Positions 21,121 to 30,891 of a DNA stretch of 64,000 nt are shown here, piece after piece. Origin of the DNA: Ignavibacteriales bacterium. GTDB taxonomy: Bacteria; Bacillota; Clostridia; Acetivibrionales; UBA4821. The stretch is taken from the NCBI GenBank assembly GCA_050260055.1, contig JBLNBO010000005.1, positions 129,613-193,612 on the forward strand, read 5' to 3'. The translations under genes were made by a program, and so were the position numbers. The notes below the pieces were generated by a model. The model was given only the letters and a program-made list of their open reading frames with translations. It was not told the DNA's origin and searched no databases. Each line of letters starts with the position of its first letter. The first letter of the stretch is position 1.

Positions 21121-21148
21121 TTCTGAGTATATTAAAATATACTCAGAA
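21121..21148. repeat. perfect 12-bp inverted repeat (possible operator)
   Basis: TTCTGAGTATAT-taaa-ATATACTCAGAA, about 35 nt upstream of the 20750-21088 gene. Confidence 0.6.
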
Positions 21149-21210
21149 TAAACAATGTTATGACTTTGGAATTTGCTTCATCCTATTCTGAAGGCAATTA
21201 AAGTGTTACA

Positions 21211-21243
21211 AAAAAGCACTGCATATTTTATGCAGTGCTTTTT
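21211..21243. terminator. bidirectional terminator
   Basis: AAAAAGCACTGCATA-ttt-TATGCAGTGCTTTTT. Confidence 0.8.
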
Positions 21244-21253
21244 GATAATTCTT

Positions 21254-21466
21254 TTATTGAGGATTACTACTGGATTGTTCTGAAAGTTCGTACGAATATT
21301 TGGACTTTTTTAAGCTTTCCCCAATTACTATGTCGATCCCCTCTTCGGTTTTAAGCAAATCAAAATCGTTCTCTATATAAGGAGTAATCACGCAGCTTTT
21401 TAACTTTCTATCTATTATCTCATTTGAACTTCTTACCTTTTTACCTCTAAAAAGGTTGAAAATCAT
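21254..21466 (-). CDS. hypothetical small protein (70 aa)
   Basis: ATG at 21466 preceded by AAAGGAG. The listed longer ORF (to 21574) has no RBS. Confidence 0.5.
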   Translation of the reverse strand: MIFNLFRGKKVRSSNEIIDRKLKSCVITPYIENDFDLLKTEEGIDIVIGESLKKSKYSYELSEQSSSNPQ

Positions 21467-21692
21467 GTAATTCGCTCCTTTCAGAATCGTTTTTTTACTC
21501 CTTTTCAAGTTGATTATAGCATATGTATTTAAATTTAAAAAGATGTAACCAGTAAATTTAAGAAAAATATACATTTATGTAAAAATATTCATTTTTATTT
21601 AATTAGTTTAATACCACAATAACATTGAAAAACAGAAATTATTTTATTATGCTATACATGAAAACATTTTAGTTACTGAATGGAAATATTCA

Positions 21693-22511
21693 ATGAAAAA
21701 GTTGATTGAATTTTACAAACCTCAAGAAACAATTCCAATAAGTATTACTGGGCAGTATTGCGCTCTTGATTGTGCTCACTGCGGAGGACATTTTTTAAAG
21801 GCAATGGTGCCGATTAATATGGCATTTGAAGAAATTAGAAAAAGAAAATCAAAGAGCTGTCTTATTAGCGGCGGTTGTAATGCAAATGGTAAAGTTCCAT
21901 GCATTTCTTCGGTGCAAAAAGAAATAGCTGGATTTAGAAATAATCATAAGATAAATATGCATGTAGGAATGATTGAAGATACTGAGATAGATGAAGTTTG
22001 CGGTCTTGCTGATGTAATTTCTCTTGACATTCCTGTTAGTACACGGGTTGTGAGAGATGTTTATGGGTTGCAATATGAGTATAAGGATTATATTTCTTTA
22101 TATAATAAATTGCGAAGAAAAACTGCTGTAGTACCCCATATTTGTTTAGGGTTAACTGATTCGCCTGAATTAAAAGACGAAATTGCCCTATTAGAAGAAC
22201 TTGCTATAATAAAACCAGAAAAATTATGTTATATAATATTTACACCGGTTGCAGGAACAAAATTTGAAAGCAAAAAGCCTCCTAAGATTTCGGCAGTTAG
22301 CGAATTTTTTAAGAAAACCAGAACAGTACTGCCTGATACTCAATTTTATCTTGGTTGTATGAGACCGGGCGGTATATATCGAGATGAAATAGATGTAAAA
22401 GCTGTTGAGGCAGGGGCACAGGGTATCGTAATGCCTTCAAGAAAAGCAGTCAAAGGAGCTCAGGAATTGGGAATGGAGATTATCTGGAAATATGAATGCT
22501 GTTCTTTTTAG
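21693..22511 (+). CDS. radical SAM protein, biotin-synthase-like (candidate LipS1/LipS2-type lipoyl synthase subunit)
   Basis: CALDCAHC (CxxxCxxC) near the N-terminus; further Cys clusters (CLISGGC..C, ECC at the C-terminus). Confidence 0.6.
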   Translation: MKKLIEFYKPQETIPISITGQYCALDCAHCGGHFLKAMVPINMAFEEIRKRKSKSCLISGGCNANGKVPCISSVQKEIAGFRNNHKINMHVGMIEDTEIDEVCGLADVISLDIPVSTRVVRDVYGLQYEYKDYISLYNKLRRKTAVVPHICLGLTDSPELKDEIALLEELAIIKPEKLCYIIFTPVAGTKFESKKPPKISAVSEFFKKTRTVLPDTQFYLGCMRPGGIYRDEIDVKAVEAGAQGIVMPSRKAVKGAQELGMEIIWKYECCSF

Positions 22512-22521
22512 GAGATGAGTC

Positions 22522-23469
22522 ATGAAAATTTCAATTGGAACCGAAGGTGTGCTTGGAATTAAAAAAATAAAAATGGATGCTGCTCCAACAACAGCTTATC
22601 TTATGCTGGGAACAAAATGTTCAAATAATTGCATTTTTTGTCCGCAAGCTAGGGCAAGCAAGTCTGGAGAGAATCTTCTTTCAAGGGTTTCATGGAATAA
22701 TGCTACTGTAAATGTATGGCCTCTTATTGATAAAGCATATAAAAAAAATATGATTAAGAGAGCTTGTATCCAGGTGATAAGCCAGCCAGGAATATCTGAA
22801 CTATTAGCAAAGGAGCTTGCTAAATATAAAAGTATTTCAAAGGTGCCTCTTTGTATATCTGGAGGAGTAAATTCAATTGAAGATATAGACAAGCTTATTG
22901 AGCTTGGAGTAGACCGTATAGGTATTGCACTTGATGCAGCAACGCCGGAAATCTATAGAAGAGTAAAAGGGTTGGATTTTTTAAGGAAGCTATATCTACT
23001 TCAAAAAGCAGCAGCAAAGTATCCTGGAAGAATCTCAACCCATTTGATTTCTGGGTTGGGAGAAAAAGAAGATGAAATGCTGGAAATGATTCAGGTTATG
23101 TACGAAAAAGGTATTAATGTTGCGCTGTTTGCGTTTACTCCAATACAGGGAACGCTAATGGAATATGAGCAGCCTCCGGAGATTAGCACATATAGGCGTA
23201 TTCAGATAGGCCATTACTTAATCAAGGAGAAAATCTGCCAGAAGGAAGATATTATTTTTGAAAATGGAGAAGTCAAAGAATTGCCTATGAAAATTGCAGA
23301 ACTTATGGAGACAGCTAAGGGAATACCTTTTATGACTACAGGCTGTTCAGGCTGTAATAGACCATATTACAATGAAAAGCCAGGAGGAATAATGTATAAT
23401 TATCCAAGGGAATTGACCGAAGAAGAAATTCATAAAGCTTATAAGGAAAGTGAATTATTATTAGATTAA
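22522..23469 (+). CDS. radical SAM protein, biotin-synthase-like (candidate LipS1/LipS2-type lipoyl synthase subunit)
   Basis: CSNNCIFC (CxxxCxxC) motif; C-terminal TGCSGCNRPYY auxiliary Cys motif; 10-nt gap from the preceding gene. Confidence 0.6.
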   Translation: MKISIGTEGVLGIKKIKMDAAPTTAYLMLGTKCSNNCIFCPQARASKSGENLLSRVSWNNATVNVWPLIDKAYKKNMIKRACIQVISQPGISELLAKELAKYKSISKVPLCISGGVNSIEDIDKLIELGVDRIGIALDAATPEIYRRVKGLDFLRKLYLLQKAAAKYPGRISTHLISGLGEKEDEMLEMIQVMYEKGINVALFAFTPIQGTLMEYEQPPEISTYRRIQIGHYLIKEKICQKEDIIFENGEVKELPMKIAELMETAKGIPFMTTGCSGCNRPYYNEKPGGIMYNYPRELTEEEIHKAYKESELLLD

Positions 23470-23643
23470 GCATGAATAAAAACTAATTTCTTTACAAAAT
23501 TTTGATAACATCAGAAACCCATTTTGATGTCCACCCCGAAGGAGTGATTCACAAATGGTTTTCTTTAGAGGTATTCCAATAGTGACAAAAATTTTGCTTA
23601 TAAATTGTTTTTATTCATGTCTCTAAAGAGGATGGCGGAATAC

Positions 23644-24429
23644 ATGAAATGGAGATTTATAAATTCCGGGACAGCTGATGGATATACCAACATGGCTGTT
23701 GATGAAGCAATAATGAATTGCTATATAAAGGGCGAAAGTAAACCTACTCTAAGAATTTATGGCTGGGACCCGCCGACAGTTTCTCTGGGTTATTTTCAGA
23801 AGATTAATAAGGCAGTAAATATTGATGCATGCAAAGAGCTTGGAATTGACATAGTAAGAAGGCTTACAGGTGGAAGAGCAGTACTGCATGAGCATGAAAT
23901 CACTTATTCCATAATAATCGGCGAAGACTACCCGGACATGCCGGAATCGGTAGTTCAATCTTATAAATTTTTATGCAGGGGAATAACTGAGGGCTTAAAA
24001 TTAGCTGGGGCAAATGTCATGATGGAAAGCGGTAAAAAGAATCTAAGAGAAAATGCTACACAGGCCTGCTTTGATTCCCCTTCAACATATGAAATAGTAT
24101 ATAAGGGGAAAAAGCTTGTCGGAAGTGCGCAAGCACGAAGAAAAGGTGTTATCCTTCAGCATGGCTCAATACTTATCAAGATAGATTTGGAAAAACAAAT
24201 TAAGGTTCTAGGCTCAAAACTACAAAATGATAGATTAAAAGAAATATTTGAGAACAAGGTTATAACAATAAGTGATATAATTAATGAAGATATTAATCGC
24301 GATAAGCTAATCAATAATATTTTATCTGGATTTGAACAGGCTCTTAATATAGAATTTATTAGCCAGGGTTTGGCAGGCGCTGAAATTATCATGGCACAAC
24401 AGCTTAGCAATGTATATAAAACATATTAA
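23644..24429 (+). CDS. lipoate/octanoate-protein ligase (LplA/LipM family catalytic domain)
   Basis: MKWRFINSG.., NMAVDEAI, RRLTGGRAVLHEHEITYS, KKLVGSAQARRKGVILQHGSI (BPL/LPL catalytic-domain motifs). Start placed at ATG 23644. Confidence 0.8.
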   Translation: MKWRFINSGTADGYTNMAVDEAIMNCYIKGESKPTLRIYGWDPPTVSLGYFQKINKAVNIDACKELGIDIVRRLTGGRAVLHEHEITYSIIIGEDYPDMPESVVQSYKFLCRGITEGLKLAGANVMMESGKKNLRENATQACFDSPSTYEIVYKGKKLVGSAQARRKGVILQHGSILIKIDLEKQIKVLGSKLQNDRLKEIFENKVITISDIINEDINRDKLINNILSGFEQALNIEFISQGLAGAEIIMAQQLSNVYKTY

Positions 24430-24525
24430 TCTATATAGAAATTTCTTAGAGGTTTTCGTGAATTTCATTAATAACAATAGTAAATATTATATAATGTAAG
24501 CAATTATCAAATGAAGGAGCAAGCC

Positions 24526-25455
24526 ATGTCATTATTTCTTGTAACAGGCGGGGCTGGATTTATTGGCTCAAATATCTGTAAGGCGCTTTTGGAAAATGGG
24601 CATAAGGTAAGAGTTCTAGATAACTTAGTAACTGGGAAGATGGATAATATCAATAGCTTTATAAATGATATTGATTTCATAAATGGAGATATCCGAGACC
24701 AAGAAATTGTTAGAAAAGCAGTTACGGGGACTGATTTTGTTCTTCATCATGCAGCTATTTCTTCTGTACAATATTCGATTATGGATCCGGTATTTTGCAG
24801 TGACGTTAATACTCAAGGTACGTTGAATCTACTTTGTGCAGCAAGGGATACAGGGGTTAAACGTGTTGTATTTGCTTCATCAGCTTCAGTATATGGACAA
24901 AATGAGATAATACCAAAAAAAGAAGATATGAAGGCGGAACCAGCGTCCCCATATGCAGTAACCAAATATAATATTGAAGTCTATGCCAGAATATTTTATT
25001 CAGTTTATGGATTGGAAACAGTATGTTTAAGATATTTTAATGTTTTTGGGCCAAATCAGGATCCAAGGTCATCATATTCAGGTGTAATTTCTTTATTCAT
25101 TAAAGCTTTGCGGGAAGGAAATGTAATAGAGATTTTTGGTGATGGTGAGCAAACCAGAGATTTTATTTATATAGAAGATGTTGTAAGGGCAAATCTACTC
25201 GCAGTTGCTTCTGACAGGGTAGGTAAGGGAGAGGTAATAAATATTGCCACTGGTGTTGGTAAATCGTTAAATGAGCTTATTAGTATTCTATCGGCAATAA
25301 CAGGGGTAAATCCCGAAATAGCATATAGTTCAGAGAAGAAAGGGGATATTAGACATTCAAAAGCCGATATAGAATTAGCAAAAAAGCTTTTGAATTTTGA
25401 AGCAAAAGTAAGTCTTGAAAAAGGTTTGAAAGGATTATATGGAATAAATAATTAA
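24526..25455 (+). CDS. NAD-dependent sugar-nucleotide epimerase/dehydratase (SDR family)
   Basis: VTGGAGFIGS Rossmann motif, YAVTK (YxxxK); ATG 24526 follows AAGGAG. Confidence 0.85.
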   Translation: MSLFLVTGGAGFIGSNICKALLENGHKVRVLDNLVTGKMDNINSFINDIDFINGDIRDQEIVRKAVTGTDFVLHHAAISSVQYSIMDPVFCSDVNTQGTLNLLCAARDTGVKRVVFASSASVYGQNEIIPKKEDMKAEPASPYAVTKYNIEVYARIFYSVYGLETVCLRYFNVFGPNQDPRSSYSGVISLFIKALREGNVIEIFGDGEQTRDFIYIEDVVRANLLAVASDRVGKGEVINIATGVGKSLNELISILSAITGVNPEIAYSSEKKGDIRHSKADIELAKKLLNFEAKVSLEKGLKGLYGINN

Positions 25456-25462
25456 CCTACAA

Positions 25463-25505
25463 AGAAAAAACAAGTCTGGGGTCACCCCAGACTTGTTTTT
25501 TCTTT
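25463..25505 (+). terminator. Rho-independent terminator
   Basis: AAAAAACAAGTCTGGGG-tca-CCCCAGACTTGTTTTTT. Confidence 0.85.
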
Positions 25506-25575
25506 GTAATGGGAATTTGAACCTGTGAATATAAATATTTATCAGGGCACCAAAAAACATATTTATGGAGAGACC

Positions 25576-26544
25576 ATGAAGGCTTTAGGATATTATTACT
25601 TAATTATCATATTTGCTGTAATTGTTATTCCTCTTTTGATTGTAAAGGGATGCGGAGGATTAAATAAAGAAAGTATTAAGGGCCTGAAGGATAACCAGAT
25701 TAAGGTTTATTTTCATATGCAAAAAAAAGTTAAAGATATTGATTTCGACGAATATATAAAAGGAGTGCTGGCGGCTGAAATGCCGGCTTCTTATAATATT
25801 GAAGCATTAAAAGCGCAGGCTGTTGCTGCAAGGACTTATGCTTATAACAAGATTTTTTCAGGAGGGAGAGATATAACTGAACACCAGGGAGCAGATGTTT
25901 GTACTGATTCTACTCATTGCCAAGCATGGATGAGCAGGGAAGAAGCGCTTGCAAAGTGGCCTGCATCAAAAGCAAAATCATATTGGGATAGAATATCATG
26001 GGCTGTTAGAAGTACTTCTGGAGAAATGATTTATTATGAAAATGAAATTGCGAATCCGGTTTTTCATGCAAATAGTGGAGGAGAAACAGAAAATTCGGAA
26101 GATGCATGGGGAGGGGTAGTTGTTCCTTATTTAAGGGCAGTAAAAAGTTTGGGAGAGGAAAATTCCTCCGGATACTATTCTGAGGTAGAAATAACGATTA
26201 GTGATTTCATACAGAAACTTAAGAAGTTTAATTCCGAATTCAGCATAGATTTAAAGAAAGTTTTTCAAAACATAAAGATTATTGATTATACAGGAGGTGG
26301 CAGGGTCAAAAATATTAAAATTGGGAACATAAGCTTTAAAGGTACTGATATAAGAACAATATTCAACCTAAAATCTACTAATTTTAAAATTGAGGCTAAA
26401 GAGGGAAAGGTACTTTTTAAGGTAAAGGGTTTTGGACATGGCGTAGGGCTTAGCCAATGCGGAGCTGATGCTTTAGCCCAGAAGGGGTATAGCTATAAGG
26501 AAATACTTGACTATTATTATAAAGGAACTCAAGTAAAGGAATAA
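25576..26544 (+). CDS. spoIID: stage II sporulation protein D (SpoIID/LytB family)
   Basis: N-terminal TM anchor, EEYIKGVLAAEMP, EALKAQAVAARTYA, FHANSGG, GHGVGLSQCGA motifs. Confidence 0.9.
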   Translation: MKALGYYYLIIIFAVIVIPLLIVKGCGGLNKESIKGLKDNQIKVYFHMQKKVKDIDFDEYIKGVLAAEMPASYNIEALKAQAVAARTYAYNKIFSGGRDITEHQGADVCTDSTHCQAWMSREEALAKWPASKAKSYWDRISWAVRSTSGEMIYYENEIANPVFHANSGGETENSEDAWGGVVVPYLRAVKSLGEENSSGYYSEVEITISDFIQKLKKFNSEFSIDLKKVFQNIKIIDYTGGGRVKNIKIGNISFKGTDIRTIFNLKSTNFKIEAKEGKVLFKVKGFGHGVGLSQCGADALAQKGYSYKEILDYYYKGTQVKE

Positions 26545-26643
26545 AAAATAATTAGTTCTAATTTATTAAAACAAGCAATATATATAAATTAGCTTACAGT
26601 AATTCTGTTATTATTAACAATTAAAGCGGGAGGGATTTTGAAT

Positions 26644-28224
26644 ATGGCTATAGAGTTAGTCAGAGAGCCTTTAAGGATAAAAAGGGTAGTCGGAGAAGAA
26701 TCTCTGCAATTTTCTGTGCAGGGAGATTTAATAATTCCAGATATAAAAGCTGATTTACTGGGAGTCCTCAGTATTGACAGTGATATTGTTGTTAATGAGA
26801 GGGAAGTTCTTACAGATAAGGTGCTTCTCGGCGGGGTGGTAAACTTCAATATAATATATCTTGCAAAAGACGAAGAGAGACCGATAAGATCTCTTAGTGC
26901 AAGCGTTCCGTTTAAAGAACCCCTTGATGTTGATGGCGCACGGCCGGGTATGATGATTGAGATTGAGGGAGTAATACTGAATTCGGAATATGAAATCCTT
27001 AATGAAAGAAAGATTGTTGTTGAAGCTATAGCCCAGTTGGGGACAGTCGTATCTGAAAGGGCTGAAGCAGGAATTATAGTCGATACAATGGATGAAGACA
27101 ATATTCAGAAACTAAAAGAAGAATTTGAAGCTTATCAATTCATTGGCGAATGTAATGATAGGTTTGCAATAAAAGAGGAAGTAGACTTGCCTGAAGATAT
27201 GCCGGCAGCATTCGAAATTTTATCGACTAATGCAAATGTTTCTAGAGATATTAAGCTTTCAGATAATAAGGTAATCATTAAAGGAGAAATTAATCTTAGA
27301 ACGCTTTATTCAGGGAATGATGAAGATAGAAACATAGAAACTGTAGAATATACTTTCCCGTTTACTCAATTTGTTGATATTCCAGGCGTTGATGAAAATT
27401 CTTTTTGTGATGTGGATGCAAGCGTTGGAGAAATAAGCGTAATTCCGGAAGAGGATACCGAAGGGGAGCTCAGGATTCTAAAGTATAAGGCATCAGTTGA
27501 ATTGAATGCCAGAGCTTTTTTGAAAGAACAAAAGCAAATGATTGTTGATATGTACAGCCCTGAGTATATGATAGATATTGGACATCAGGAGCTTTATGCA
27601 AATCAGATGATTAATCAAGCGGAAAATGAGTTGATATTAAAAGATGAGATTCAGCTCCCAGAAAAATTAGAGGTAAAAAAGATTTATAATATAGCTAGCA
27701 AGCCTGTTGTTGTGGATGTAAAGGTTCAAGGGGGAAGAGTAATAATAAACGGGGCAGTTGAGGTGAAGCTCATATATTCATCAGGCGAATCCAATGTACC
27801 TTCATCTTATAAACATGAAATTCCTTTTATGAACACAATTGACATTAAAGAGGCTGAACCTGGGATGATGTATAAGGCAAATGCAGAATCGGTTTCCTGC
27901 TCTTATAATCTTGGTACAGATGGGGATTTGGATATAAAAATTATTCTTAAAACACAAATAAAACTTTATAAAAATACCAAATTAAAAATAATAGATAAAG
28001 CAGAACAAATAATGCCGGACGAACAAGCAATGAAGCAACAGCCAAGTATAATAGTATATTTCGTTCAATTAGGGGATGTTCTTTGGAAGATAGGTAAAAA
28101 GTTCAATGTATCCCTGGAAGACCTTATACAAATTAATAATCTTACTAATCCGGATCAGCTTGCTGTAGGCCAGGTAATATTAATTCCTAAAAAACAGATG
28201 AAGAAAGTATATATTAAAAAATAG
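26644..28224 (+). CDS. DUF3794-like repeat protein with C-terminal LysM domain (SipL/SafA-like spore morphogenetic protein)
   Basis: C-terminal LysM (YFVQLGDVLWKIGKKFNVSLEDLIQINNLTNPDQLAVGQVILIP); repeated beta-rich N-terminal modules; next to spoIID. Confidence 0.6.
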   Translation: MAIELVREPLRIKRVVGEESLQFSVQGDLIIPDIKADLLGVLSIDSDIVVNEREVLTDKVLLGGVVNFNIIYLAKDEERPIRSLSASVPFKEPLDVDGARPGMMIEIEGVILNSEYEILNERKIVVEAIAQLGTVVSERAEAGIIVDTMDEDNIQKLKEEFEAYQFIGECNDRFAIKEEVDLPEDMPAAFEILSTNANVSRDIKLSDNKVIIKGEINLRTLYSGNDEDRNIETVEYTFPFTQFVDIPGVDENSFCDVDASVGEISVIPEEDTEGELRILKYKASVELNARAFLKEQKQMIVDMYSPEYMIDIGHQELYANQMINQAENELILKDEIQLPEKLEVKKIYNIASKPVVVDVKVQGGRVIINGAVEVKLIYSSGESNVPSSYKHEIPFMNTIDIKEAEPGMMYKANAESVSCSYNLGTDGDLDIKIILKTQIKLYKNTKLKIIDKAEQIMPDEQAMKQQPSIIVYFVQLGDVLWKIGKKFNVSLEDLIQINNLTNPDQLAVGQVILIPKKQMKKVYIKK

Positions 28225-28230
28225 AACTTG

Positions 28231-28265
28231 AAAAAAGAAAAGCCCGAAAGGGCTTTTCTTTTTTC
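28231..28265 (+). terminator. Rho-independent terminator
   Basis: GAAAAGCCC-gaaa-GGGCTTTTC followed by a T-run. Confidence 0.85.
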
Positions 28266-28412
28266 AAAGAAATAACCTTGAAGGATTTTAAAAAGGAGTG
28301 TAAAATGTATTTGTTAAAATTATCTATTCAGCTAAATTCATAGCAATATTTCCCAGTTATATTTTTTAAATTAATAGGTCAGTTTATTCTCGAGAGATAA
28401 AGGAGGATGATT

Positions 28413-30563
28413 ATGAGTAATAATGCGGTAAGTTGGTGTGCGAACAACGTAGGATATCTAATTTGGGCGGCTGTTTTTGTGGCGCTGATAATGATTACTT
28501 ACTTTGTTTATTATGTTTTTAAACAGGACAAGGGTACTGCCAAAATGCAGGATATAAGTTCCGCAGTAAGGGAAGGAGCTATGGCTTTTCTGCACAGACA
28601 GTATGAAACAATAGGATTCTTATCTATTATTGTGGCTGGACTATTGTGGTTGGCTACGATGGATTATCATACTCCTATTGCTTTCATAACAGGAGCAATA
28701 TGTTCTGCGGTATCGGGGTATATTGGTATGTACATTGCAGTAAGCTCAAATATAAGGGCTGCATCAGGAGCTCAGAAAAGCTTAGACAGAGCTTTGGGAA
28801 CTGCATTCAGAGGCGGTGCGGTAACAGGCTTGGCAGTTACAACATTAAGCCTTGTTGGAGTAGCAAGCCTTTTTTATATTTTCGGTGGTGCTTCTAATAA
28901 TCCGGACATAGTTAAAAATGCTCCTCATTTAATAATTGGATTCGGATTTGGTGCAAGCTTTGTTGCATTATTTGCACAGCTTGGCGGAGGAATTTATACT
29001 AAGGCAGCGGATGTTGGTGCAGACCTTGTTGGTAAGGTTGAAGCTGGAATCCCGGAAGATGACCCTAGAAACCCTGCAGTAATAGCTGACTTGGTTGGAG
29101 ACAATGTTGGTGATTGTGCTGGCCGTGGAGCTGATTTGTTTGAATCTACAGCAGCTGAAAATATAGGTGCTATGATATTAGGAATAGCTTTATTCCCTGT
29201 TTTCGGAATATATGGAATACTATTTCCTTTGGTTGCCCGTGCAGCAGGAATTATAGCTTCAGTAGCCGGTATGTTTTTTATAAAGGCTAGAGAGAATGAA
29301 GACCCTATGCGTGCACTTAATAGAGGATATCTGGTTACTACAATGCTTGCAGCAATATTACTTTTGCCTGTAACATATTTCATGCTTGGAGGAATTGGAG
29401 GAACAACATATTATCTAAATTATTATGGCTGTGCAATTATAGGGCTTCTTTTAAGCTTCGTATTTGTATTTATTACACAGTATTATACATCTTATGATTT
29501 CAGACCTGTAAAAAGCATTGCCAAGGCTTCAGAAACCGGGCCTGCAACCAATATTATTATGGGTATTTCTGTTGGTATGGAAAGTACAGCTCTTCCTGTT
29601 GTATTTATTTCAGGAGCAATCTTTGCAGCCTATAAGCTTGGTGCAATGACCGGCCTGCCAAATGGAGGACTTTACGGTACAGCTGTTGCGACCATGGGTA
29701 TGCTTGCAACATGTGCTTATATTCTTGCAATGGACACATTTGGTCCTATAACAGATAATGCAGGTGGAATAGTAGAAATGTCCGATGCACCTGAAGAAGT
29801 AAGGAAAAGAACTGACAGGCTGGACGCTTGCGGAAATACAACTAAGGCTTTAACAAAAGGTTATGCAATAGGAAGTGCAGCTTTAGCAACATTTCTTCTT
29901 TTCTCAGCATACATTGAAGAGGTTGTTAAGAAGGTTACCGAAACAGGAGACGCTAATCTTATTAAGAGTTTTGGAATAACAGGAAATACTTTTCCTGTTG
30001 ACATTGGAAAGCCTGAGGTTTTTATAGGTGCATTTATAGGTGCAATGATAGTTTACCTCTTCAGTTCAACAGCTATTAAAGCAGTAGGAAATGCAGCTCA
30101 ATATGTAATAATGGAAGTAAGAAGACAGTTTAAAGAAATTCCGGGAATAATGGAAGGAACACACAAACCTGATTATGGGAAGTGCGTTGATATCGTTACT
30201 GCCGGTGCGCTTAAAGAAATGATTCTTCCAGGTATTATTGTTATCATAGCACCGATATTGGTTGGTATAATACTTGGTGCAGAAGCAGCAGCAGGATTCT
30301 TGATGGTTGGTACAATAGCAGGAATCATACTTGCGCTGTTCTTGAACAATGGCGGTGGTGCATGGGATAATGCAAAAAAATTCATTGAGCTTGGAAATCA
30401 CGGAGGCAAGAAATCAGAAGCTCACAAAGCTGGAGTTGTTGGAGATACAGTCGGAGACCCATTCAAAGATACTGCAGGTCCATCACTTCATGTTTTAATC
30501 AAACTAATTAGTACAATAACGCTTGTTCTTGCAGGGCTTTTCGTAAGCGGTGGAATAAGATAA
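28413..30563 (+). CDS. hppA: membrane-bound ion-translocating pyrophosphatase
   Basis: GGGIYTKAADVGADLVGKVE, DNVGDCAGRGADLFES, GGAWDNAKK, GDTVGDPFKDTAGPS signature motifs; ~16 TM. Confidence 0.95.
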   Translation: MSNNAVSWCANNVGYLIWAAVFVALIMITYFVYYVFKQDKGTAKMQDISSAVREGAMAFLHRQYETIGFLSIIVAGLLWLATMDYHTPIAFITGAICSAVSGYIGMYIAVSSNIRAASGAQKSLDRALGTAFRGGAVTGLAVTTLSLVGVASLFYIFGGASNNPDIVKNAPHLIIGFGFGASFVALFAQLGGGIYTKAADVGADLVGKVEAGIPEDDPRNPAVIADLVGDNVGDCAGRGADLFESTAAENIGAMILGIALFPVFGIYGILFPLVARAAGIIASVAGMFFIKARENEDPMRALNRGYLVTTMLAAILLLPVTYFMLGGIGGTTYYLNYYGCAIIGLLLSFVFVFITQYYTSYDFRPVKSIAKASETGPATNIIMGISVGMESTALPVVFISGAIFAAYKLGAMTGLPNGGLYGTAVATMGMLATCAYILAMDTFGPITDNAGGIVEMSDAPEEVRKRTDRLDACGNTTKALTKGYAIGSAALATFLLFSAYIEEVVKKVTETGDANLIKSFGITGNTFPVDIGKPEVFIGAFIGAMIVYLFSSTAIKAVGNAAQYVIMEVRRQFKEIPGIMEGTHKPDYGKCVDIVTAGALKEMILPGIIVIIAPILVGIILGAEAAAGFLMVGTIAGIILALFLNNGGGAWDNAKKFIELGNHGGKKSEAHKAGVVGDTVGDPFKDTAGPSLHVLIKLISTITLVLAGLFVSGGIR

Positions 30564-30584
30564 AAATAGTGCTTAAAAACCTGA

Positions 30585-30624
30585 AAACAAGGCAAGGGAA
30601 CAACCCTTGCCTTGTTTTATTTTG
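30585..30624 (+). terminator. Rho-independent terminator
   Basis: AAAACAAGGCAAGGG-aacaa-CCCTTGCCTTGTTTT. Confidence 0.85.
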
Positions 30625-30891
30625 TCGCAATATATCGATGAAATAATGTTGACTAAAATAGTAAAATAATGTAACTTTATAACAATAAATAACTTATTTT
30701 TCCAGAAAATTACAGCAAAATGAAAAATCCTAAAATAATAGGACATATATAATTTTAAATCTTTCGAGCTGTTTATAATTTTATGTAAAACATAAATTAA
30801 TAATAGAAGTGAATCCTATATGACTTATATCCATAAGTCGTTTTTTTAATCAAAAAAACAAAAATATAATAAAACTATTGGAGGGGTTAGA

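Noticed and set aside
26589-27101. 170-aa minus-strand ORF
   Set aside because: Antisense to the 5' part of the LysM/SipL-like gene. Ser/Ile/Thr-rich composition, typical of antisense frames in AT-rich coding DNA.
30826-30850. Short inverted repeat GACTTAT-atcc-ATAAGTC upstream of the hydrogenase-like MCP gene
   Set aside because: Only 7 bp in AT-rich DNA; it could easily arise by chance.
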